This document shows positions 57,134 to 64,000 of a DNA stretch of 64,000 nt, one piece after another. The notes under the pieces were generated by a model. The model saw only the letters and a list, made by a program, of their open reading frames with translations. It ran no database searches and had not been told where the DNA came from. The DNA comes from Chloroflexota bacterium (GTDB lineage: Bacteria > Chloroflexota > Dehalococcoidia > Lucifugimonadales > UBA3495), in NCBI GenBank assembly GCA_027623675.1, contig JAQBVF010000016.1:17187-81186 (forward strand), given 5' to 3'. Within the stretch, counting starts at the first letter, position 1; each line of letters starts with the position of its first letter. Position numbers and translations under genes: made by a program.

Positions 57134-58366
57134 GTGGACCGAAAAGCCCTGGAAGAAGGCGCGCGCCGGATACTCCTGACCAACCTGCGTCAGGGCGTGG
57201 CCGATTGGAACGGCCAGGAATACAGCTTTGTCTGCCCTTCCCTCACCGGCTACCCCTTTCAATGGTTCTGGGATTCTTGTTTCCATGCCATCGCCCTGAT
57301 CCATCTGGACCCGGACCAAGCCAAGGCCGAACTGCGCACGCTGATGAGCGCGGCCCTTCCCAACGGCTTCATGCCCCACATCATCTTCTGGGAGATGGAG
57401 AAGCAGCCGGATTTCTTGAGCCGCAATATCGTCGGCCAGGCCGGCGACCCCCATTACAGTTCTACCATGCAGCCGCCGATCATCGCCTACGCCGTGGAGC
57501 GGGTGTACCGGGCCACCGGAGACGAGGGGTTTAGAGATGCGGCGCTGCCGGCGCTGGTCAACTTCTACCGTTGGCTGCGAGAGATCAGGGACCCGGACGA
57601 CGATGGTCTGATCGCGGTGATTCAGCCGGAGGAAGCGGGCACCGACTGCTCTCCCAAGTACGATGAAGCGCTGGGGCTCACTGAGCTTTCCAATAAGGGA
57701 TTCATCACCGCGCTGAAAGAGATCTACCGGGCCTACGAGCCCCTGCGCGGCGATGACCGTAAGATACTAGCGGCCGACCTGTTCCATTTTGAGGACGTGT
57801 TGGTGAATTCGATCTATGCCATGGGGCTGCGGTCGTTGGCCCGGCTGCTGGGAGACTCGCCAGAGGCTGAGGAGTTTGACCGCGAAGCCGACCGGACCCG
57901 GGACGCCCTTGTGGCCAAGTGCTGGGACGAGGAGGCAGGCGCGTTCTTCGACCTTTCCGGCGTCGCCGAAGAACCGGTCAAGACCGTGACGATAAGCTCG
58001 CTCATGCCATTGGTCCTGCCAGACCTGCCCCGCCCCATCGTAGAGCGGCTGGTGGCAGACTGGGTCTCGTCGCCGGACCATTTCTGGACGCCCTATCCCC
58101 TGCCGTCGGTGCCGGTTTCCGACCCGAAGTTCATGCCTGGCAACCCCGGCGGGTTCATCTGGCGGGGTCCGTCTTGGATCAACACCAACTGGTTCTTGTC
58201 CCACGGGCTGCGCGGTCATGGCTACACGGATCTGGCCGACACCATCGTGGGCAAGAGCTACGAGTGCATCGAGAAGTCCGGCTTCAGGGAGTACTACCAC
58301 CCCTACACGGCCGAGGGACTGGGCGCCAGGGATTTCGGCTGGTCCACGCTGGTGCTGGACCTCTAG
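57134..58366 (+). CDS. GH63/MGH1-like glycoside hydrolase (mannosyl-/glucosylglycerate hydrolase-like)
   Basis: YPFQWFWDS, QPP, EAGTDCSP, WRGPSWINTNW, FREYY, FGWS. Confidence 0.8.
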   Translation: MDRKALEEGARRILLTNLRQGVADWNGQEYSFVCPSLTGYPFQWFWDSCFHAIALIHLDPDQAKAELRTLMSAALPNGFMPHIIFWEMEKQPDFLSRNIVGQAGDPHYSSTMQPPIIAYAVERVYRATGDEGFRDAALPALVNFYRWLREIRDPDDDGLIAVIQPEEAGTDCSPKYDEALGLTELSNKGFITALKEIYRAYEPLRGDDRKILAADLFHFEDVLVNSIYAMGLRSLARLLGDSPEAEEFDREADRTRDALVAKCWDEEAGAFFDLSGVAEEPVKTVTISSLMPLVLPDLPRPIVERLVADWVSSPDHFWTPYPLPSVPVSDPKFMPGNPGGFIWRGPSWINTNWFLSHGLRGHGYTDLADTIVGKSYECIEKSGFREYYHPYTAEGLGARDFGWSTLVLDL

Positions 58367-58395
58367 GGATAGGCGGTACGGAGGACTCACCCAAG

Positions 58396-58764
58396 CTGAG
58401 AGAGGCTGAAGTTAGGAAAGCTCAGGCGGAAATCAGGGGTTGGTCCTTCGTGGCGGTCGTTCTGTATACGGCAGTACTGCTGATCGTGCTGGGCATGATG
58501 ATCGGCCAGGACTCTGTAGGCCAGACACGGCCCCCCTGGCAAGAAGACTTGATAGGTCCGGCGATTGTTGTTGCTGAGTTGTCGGCGCTGAGCCTGTTTG
58601 CCTGGGGCCTGGTCGTTTGGAGTTCTTCGCTGGCCTGGAAGGCGCGGCTCCTGTCGTGGCTGATATTGATGGTGGGACTGGTCCCGCTGGTAAGTTTTTC
58701 TTTTATTCTTGGCCCGCTTCTGCTGACCACCACACCGGCGTTATGGCGATGGGGACCAAGGTAA
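58396..58764 (+). CDS. Small membrane protein (possible CTG start)
   Basis: Three to four hydrophobic segments in the 3' part of ORF 57919..58764; GGAGGA about 10 nt before an in-frame CTG. Confidence 0.45.
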   Translation: MREAEVRKAQAEIRGWSFVAVVLYTAVLLIVLGMMIGQDSVGQTRPPWQEDLIGPAIVVAELSALSLFAWGLVVWSSSLAWKARLLSWLILMVGLVPLVSFSFILGPLLLTTTPALWRWGPR

Positions 58765-58812
58765 GAGGACCGGTTTCCCAGCGGATTGGATCTATCGCTA
58801 GATACAACAGGA

Positions 58813-59097
58813 GTCATCCCGGAGTTTGCTGGGCGGATGCCACCGCGTTGGTCATTCCGTCCGCCTTGGGCATTCCGAGCGAAGCGAGGAATCTCTTTGC
58901 TGATGGGAGACCAAATGCCGGTCCCGCGGAACGATAGCAACCTTGAAGTCGAGCAAAGAGATTCTTCTCCTTCCGCGGAAGGAACAGAATGACAGCTCGC
59001 GAGTGTGGTTGCTCCGCACGACCGTCATTTTGGCGAAAGTCGAAATGACGGCATCTGCCCGGTAGCGTGCTGCCCACGGTGAGCACTCCGTGATGAC
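58813..59097 (-). repeat. ~285-bp composite palindromic element, copy 2, with 13-bp terminal inverted repeats
   Basis: GTCATCCCGGAGT ... ACTCCGTGATGAC; internal GTCAT/ATGAC hairpins and GAGCGAAGCGAGGAATCTC motif. Confidence 0.85.
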
Positions 59098-59132
59098 ACT
59101 TCTTTTATTTCTGGGTCGTCGCCGGAGCCGGT

Positions 59133-61040
59133 CTAGTTTCTGCGGGGGCGGAAGAGGCGGGACATGAAGCCGGTTTCGGCGCGGGCTTCCGCGGCTTCTT
59201 TTCCTGACTCATAGTCGTCGTCTTCGTAGTCGGCATAGGTTGGGGCGACGTTGGCGGGATCGACGCCCGGATTCTCGTCCTCAGGCGTATCCTCGATCTC
59301 CATCGTCCCTTGGGCGTCGGGAATCTCCTGGCCGTAGACCGTGCTCTCATGGCTGCTTGACGGATAGGAATGACCGGAGTCTTGATGGTCGCTGCTGCTA
59401 CCCCGGCCGCTGTTGGCGCCGTCGCTGCCTGCGGTGCGCACGCCAATCATCTGTTCCACCAGTGAATTTTCGTGGTTCAGGAAGAAGGTGCGCCGCCGGC
59501 GGTTCTGGCCGGAAGTCTCGTCGCGCCAGCTGTGGTTGCCTTTTAGGAAGAATTCGCCCTCGCTGAGGCTACGGAACATCTTGCTGACGTAGGTGCGGGA
59601 ACTGGCCTGGCTCCACCGTTGGGTGATCTCGGTGTCACCGGCTTCCAGGCCCTGGGCCAGGGCGTCGCAGACCTCTGAGACCAGGAAGTTGAAGGCCACA
59701 TGGCTGATGCCTTCCCGGTTTTCCAGCGTGTTGGCCATGATGATCAGGTCTGACACGCGGTCGGCTAGCAGGCCATCGTCGGGGTCGGTGGGCATCCCCA
59801 AACTGCTGATGGCTTCCTGGACCGCCTGGGACAACTCGTGGTTGTCGCCAAACGGGGAGCGGGGAGTCTCGGACCCTTGGGAATAGTCCGTCGAGTAGCC
59901 GGTTGAATCGCTTGATTCAGGCTCTTCGTAATCGTGTTGGCCGTTGCTGGCGACGGCGACGGCGGGTTCTGGTTCGTATTCCTGTTGAGGTTCCGGTTCT
60001 GGATAGACCGGGTCAACCTCGGCTTCTTCGTAATCCGAACTGGCCTCCGGAGTGGGGGCTTCGGCTTCCACTGGGGCGTGTCCGTCCTGCTGTCTGGAGC
60101 GGGGAAGGCGTCCCCGGCGGCGTCCGGGCCGGGTGTTGGGCGGGGCGAATGTGGCTTCGGTGGCGCCTTCGGGAATCACCTCGTCGGCCATGATCGCCCA
60201 ATCAACCAGACCGGCGGTGATCAGCCGGATCTTGCCGTCTTGCGCCACTCTGGCCATCAAGCGTTTGAATCCGGAGTAGCCTAGTTTCTTTTCGTCGAAC
60301 CCGGGGAAGCGGCGGGTCAGGCGCTGCTTGATGGAGGTCAGCAGCGGGTTGCCTCCAGCCTTGCGCTCGTCGCGGATGATCTCTTCGATCGCCTGAATCA
60401 CGTCGTTCAGGTCGCCGGTAGGCACGCGTTCTTCGGCGGCGGCGGCGACGATGGCGGGTTCTTCAACGATGGCGGGCTCAGCCGGTACCGCCGGCGGGTC
60501 GACGTCCACATCGTAGAGCACTAGGGTGTCCACCTGGTCGGCCAGGCGGCGCGAGGTGCTCCAGGAGACGCCGACAACAACCACATGTTTGCCCATGGTC
60601 CGGAGGGCGTTCACCACGTGGATAAAATCCGAGTCCCCGGAAACCAGCACGTAGGTGCCGATATTGGGGTAGGAGTGGGCGATCTCGATACAGTCGGCGG
60701 TCATCTTGACATCGACGCTGTTCTTGATGCGCCCGGTGCGCATGCCGTTGGCGTTGGTGGCGTTGGGCGACGGGGCCCTGGTGGGCACGAATACCGGCTC
60801 GATGCCGGCAGCGTAGAGGGAGGGAGGGTCGTTCAGGAATTGGCTGGCGCCCCGCAGTTCGGGGGCTCTGGTTACCCAGTCGGCGTAGGCTTTGGCGATC
60901 ACCACGCGGCCGTGGTTGGATACTTCTTCTTTTAGCGCGGAAACGTTGGGGGTCCGGTGGCCTACGGCCAGACTGATCTTGAAATTTTCCCAGTCGATGA
61001 ATAGAGCGACGTCCGCCCCGTGGTTGAGATTAGCCTGCAT
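59133..61040 (-). CDS. NYN (LabA/DUF88 PIN-like) domain protein with OST-HTH/LOTUS domain and acidic linkers
   Basis: FIDWEN, KNSVDVKM, SGDSDF; FDEKKLGYSGFKRLM. Confidence 0.85.
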   Translation of the reverse strand: MQANLNHGADVALFIDWENFKISLAVGHRTPNVSALKEEVSNHGRVVIAKAYADWVTRAPELRGASQFLNDPPSLYAAGIEPVFVPTRAPSPNATNANGMRTGRIKNSVDVKMTADCIEIAHSYPNIGTYVLVSGDSDFIHVVNALRTMGKHVVVVGVSWSTSRRLADQVDTLVLYDVDVDPPAVPAEPAIVEEPAIVAAAAEERVPTGDLNDVIQAIEEIIRDERKAGGNPLLTSIKQRLTRRFPGFDEKKLGYSGFKRLMARVAQDGKIRLITAGLVDWAIMADEVIPEGATEATFAPPNTRPGRRRGRLPRSRQQDGHAPVEAEAPTPEASSDYEEAEVDPVYPEPEPQQEYEPEPAVAVASNGQHDYEEPESSDSTGYSTDYSQGSETPRSPFGDNHELSQAVQEAISSLGMPTDPDDGLLADRVSDLIIMANTLENREGISHVAFNFLVSEVCDALAQGLEAGDTEITQRWSQASSRTYVSKMFRSLSEGEFFLKGNHSWRDETSGQNRRRRTFFLNHENSLVEQMIGVRTAGSDGANSGRGSSSDHQDSGHSYPSSSHESTVYGQEIPDAQGTMEIEDTPEDENPGVDPANVAPTYADYEDDDYESGKEAAEARAETGFMSRLFRPRRN

Positions 61041-61272
61041 GGATCAATTCGTCCCGGTGGCCCGATTTTAGGCTCACCTATGTGTGTCTTTACCAGTGTA
61101 GATGTCGCCCCCAATGGAGTCAAGAATCCGTGTGTAGCGTCTGCGCTAGCCGACGAATTCCGCCGGACAATGGGTAATCTTGACAATGGGAACGCTTTAT
61201 TAGATTGTAACCCACGTGTGAGCATAATCACAGGCTTCACAGATTTTCAAACGATATTCCAGAGGTGCGACG

Positions 61273-62091
61273 ATGGCGGACCGACCCCCCAGGCTAGAAG
61301 GCAAAGTGGCGATCGTAACCGGCGCTGGGTCCAGTGGCGAAGGAGTGGGCAACGGCAAGGCGGCGTCCATCCTGTTCGCCAGGGAGGGGGCCAAGGTCCT
61401 GTTGGTGGACTTCCAGGAAGACCGGGCCAGGGAGACCCTGCAGATCATTCAGGAGGAGGGCGGTGTCGCGTCGACCATCCAGGGCGACATGACCAAGCTG
61501 GAAGACTGCGAGCGCATGGCGGCAGCAGCCATGGAGCGCTACGGCCGGGTGGACATCCTGGACAACAACGTGGGCATCTCCCAGCGGGGCACGGTGGTGG
61601 AGGTCTCGGAGGAAGCTTGGGACCGGGTGATGACCGTCAACATGAAGACCATCATGCTGGCCAGCAAGGCTACCATCCCTCACATCATCGCCAGCGGCGG
61701 CGGCGGCGCGATCATCAACATCGCATCCATCGCCGGACTCCGGGCCCACAGCAGCACGCCGTACAGCGCGTCCAAGGCCGGGGTCATCGGGCTGACATTC
61801 TCAATGGCCGCCGATCACGCCGCCGACAACATCCGGGTCAACGTCATTGCGCCGGGCCTGGTGTACACCCCCATGGTGGCCCCGCGCATGAACGACGACC
61901 TGCGCCAGTTCCGGTCCGACGCGGCGCCGCTGAAGACCGAGGGCACCGGCTGGGACGTTGGCTACGCGGCGCTGTTCCTGGCCAGCGACGAGGCCCGCTG
62001 GATCACCGGCATCTGCCTGCCGGTGGACGCCGGCCTAACCTCGGTCCACCCAGGCACCTACACCCCCATGAACCAGCAGACACGGTATTAG
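61273..62091 (+). CDS. SDR oxidoreductase
   Basis: TGAGS..GNG, NNVG, YSASK. Confidence 0.9.
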   Translation: MADRPPRLEGKVAIVTGAGSSGEGVGNGKAASILFAREGAKVLLVDFQEDRARETLQIIQEEGGVASTIQGDMTKLEDCERMAAAAMERYGRVDILDNNVGISQRGTVVEVSEEAWDRVMTVNMKTIMLASKATIPHIIASGGGGAIINIASIAGLRAHSSTPYSASKAGVIGLTFSMAADHAADNIRVNVIAPGLVYTPMVAPRMNDDLRQFRSDAAPLKTEGTGWDVGYAALFLASDEARWITGICLPVDAGLTSVHPGTYTPMNQQTRY

Positions 62092-62110
62092 GGGGCGCCT
62101 GTCCTGGGGA

Positions 62111-63064
62111 TTAGAGGAGCGGAATTTGAACAGGTTCCTTCTTAGGATCTGTCTGGGGACTCAGGGGATCTCTCACAGACAGATTTTTGGGAGTAAATAA
62201 AAACTCGCTCGAGGGATCATGGTCTTGGTAGCGGCTTTTTGCCAGACCTCGATTCTGAACGGCGTAACAATAGACGCATCCGTGTGGGCAGGTGTCGTAC
62301 TCTCCAATATCTTTCGAAGCGAAGCAGCCGCAATCAGGCCGATTACCCTTTAATTCAGCCAAGATTGGATAACCAGCTACCAGCGACAAACGTTCTGCGT
62401 CAACGCATTTGGCGGGACTTATTCCGGGCGCTAAGTACTTGTCTTGTGAGCACATGGTTAATCGAATGCCGCGTTTCGTGGCCATTTGCGCCAAATCTGC
62501 CGCGAGAGATAATTTCAGGGAATCCTGTGGGTCTTCCCATGAGAATCCGAATTCCGTGGCAGCTTCATCCATGTTCCGGCGGGTTTTCTTGTAAATCTGG
62601 GCGAATGAAATCACTACTTCATCAGTAATCCCTTCAAGCGAAGCGGCGAGGCGTTCGAATTTATCTCTGTGAAAATCAGGTGGTGTCACTGAGCTAAATA
62701 CAATGGGGTCGTACCTCCAAACACCCACGTTGGGACCGAAATTTTCAGCGACCGAAGCCATGTGTTCCACCGATTTCTTGGAGTCAACGACCGAAAATTC
62801 AAGATTCCGGGGGTACGCATTGATGGTGTACTCGACGATGAATGGGAACCCTTGGTCTTCAACAATCTTGAGCACGTCAAGAAACGGACCAAGATTTTTG
62901 GTCCAGAAAATGAATCCATCGACGCTTCCTCGAGATAAATCTACCCGTTGCGGTCGACGATTGTATGGATTGACCATCATGCAATAGCCGGCGGCCAAAC
63001 GATTCTTGAACCACTCTCCGTAGAAGGTCGGGATATCGGTCTTGTAACTTGCCGAGATAATCAT
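62111..63064 (-). CDS. DUF1848 family protein (radical-SAM/SPL-like, C-terminal Cys cluster)
   Basis: MIISASYKTDIP, FWTKN, WRYDPI, CGC..SKDIGEYDTCPHGCVYCYA. Confidence 0.85.
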   Translation of the reverse strand: MIISASYKTDIPTFYGEWFKNRLAAGYCMMVNPYNRRPQRVDLSRGSVDGFIFWTKNLGPFLDVLKIVEDQGFPFIVEYTINAYPRNLEFSVVDSKKSVEHMASVAENFGPNVGVWRYDPIVFSSVTPPDFHRDKFERLAASLEGITDEVVISFAQIYKKTRRNMDEAATEFGFSWEDPQDSLKLSLAADLAQMATKRGIRLTMCSQDKYLAPGISPAKCVDAERLSLVAGYPILAELKGNRPDCGCFASKDIGEYDTCPHGCVYCYAVQNRGLAKSRYQDHDPSSEFLFTPKNLSVRDPLSPQTDPKKEPVQIPLL

Positions 63065-63981
63065 TATGGCACCTTTGTACCTACGTACCAGTATGCATCC
63101 CATGTAGTTCGAGGATTCCTACCTACGTTTGTTAGCATCTGTCCTAAAGTGCTCGATTGTTCGTCGCTATCCATGTTTGAAGTTGCCCTGCCCAAGACTG
63201 ATAGGTCAAGGTTGCAGTCAGAGGAAATCTCTTCTATTTTTTTAGCCCATCGAGATTCAGCTCGCTCGACAAACAGAAACTTTGCTCCCATAGGGGCTCT
63301 GTCAGCGACCAACTCAACGAATTCGTGGAAATATTCGAAGTCAGAAAAAATTTCCGAAATAATGTACGAAAAGATGTATATGTGGTGGCTGAAACTTGGA
63401 TCCCAGTTGTTGAAATTAACAACTGCCGATTCACTGTTGACGTCGATTTGAAGAAAATCCCCAGAAATGGTGACAGATGGATTACCTGATTGGCTTAGTC
63501 GCTTGTTTGTTTCTCGGCGTAATCCACGCCAGGTACCAACCCACTCATTAATTTTATCAACTAAAAGAAAATTTAATTCAAGGGGGTCTGTCAATTGGCG
63601 ACGTTCGAGCCATTTTGCAACCGCAAGTAACTCCGTACCGGGGCCACCGCCAAATGCGCAAATGTCTAAGACGCCAATTGATTGATGAATTTCATCGACA
63701 TGGTCGGCTAGCTCCTGAGATTCTTCGAAAATTTTTTCTACAAGGTTTGCATTGGCGGGAACAATGCCATAGAGGTAAGCGATTCGGCAAAGCGGGTCGC
63801 CATATGGGACATTGGGTGCCGAAGGTCCACGCCACAGATCGGCATTCTGCTTGAGATGTTCGAGAATTCGAGAGTATGCTTCTTTACTAGAAATATGCTG
63901 GTTAGCTGCTATTTTGAGGTGGACCCCATCATTAAGACAGGATTGGGGCAGGATTAAGTGAGGGTCCCGCTGTGTTTCCAA
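63064..63981 (-). CDS. Hypothetical SAM-dependent methyltransferase-like protein
   Basis: ICAFGGGPGTE motif-I-like, LLVD, FSYIISE; low GC; TAATG-coupled to DUF1848. Confidence 0.55.
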   Translation of the reverse strand: METQRDPHLILPQSCLNDGVHLKIAANQHISSKEAYSRILEHLKQNADLWRGPSAPNVPYGDPLCRIAYLYGIVPANANLVEKIFEESQELADHVDEIHQSIGVLDICAFGGGPGTELLAVAKWLERRQLTDPLELNFLLVDKINEWVGTWRGLRRETNKRLSQSGNPSVTISGDFLQIDVNSESAVVNFNNWDPSFSHHIYIFSYIISEIFSDFEYFHEFVELVADRAPMGAKFLFVERAESRWAKKIEEISSDCNLDLSVLGRATSNMDSDEQSSTLGQMLTNVGRNPRTTWDAYWYVGTKVP

Positions 63982-64000
63982 AGTCTACCAATTCTCTGCC

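Noticed and set aside
1..64000. A GC-skew switch at 43.7 kb as direct proof of oriC
   Set aside because: My impression by eye is confounded by gene strand and spot counts were inconsistent; it needs computing, so it was not used as evidence
1..64000. tRNA, rRNA, integrase or transposase genes
   Set aside because: None recognised by eye; small RNAs could have been missed without a covariance-model search

Overview
A GC-rich bacterial chromosomal segment, most likely from Chloroflexota class Dehalococcoidia (SAR202-like). This is inferred from the expanded LLM/F420 oxidoreductases, SDRs and MaoC hot-dog paralogs, an auracyanin-type cupredoxin domain and the obgE-nadD gene order. The window holds catabolic SDR/MaoC/LLM clusters, crcB-DUF190 and a ClC channel, a complete ctaAB-ctaCDEF caa3-type oxidase locus, gcvT-H-PA-PB, hicAB, a TetR-controlled betaine-type ABC transporter, obgE-nadD-pyrE, ygfZ-like and iscA genes, recF, purL, GT4 and GH63-like genes, an NYN-domain protein and the edge of a lower-GC island. 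The most notable signals that the ORF track does not show are: (1) a probable oriC unwinding element (DnaA box, DnaA-trios, AT tract) directly upstream of obgE, with no dnaA beside it; (2) an Rdx/SelW-type selenoprotein (CxxU, in-frame TGA, SECIS-like hairpin) truncated in the ORF track and lying downstream of two hot-dog genes; (3) oxidase subunit IV fused to a blue-copper domain; (4) a mycobacterial-type LprG/P55-like lipid export pair with an added beta-propeller lipoprotein; (5) two copies of a ~280-bp nested-palindrome element with terminal inverted repeats; (6) a low-GC methyltransferase-like plus DUF1848 pair. All family assignments come from reading motifs by eye, not from database searches.
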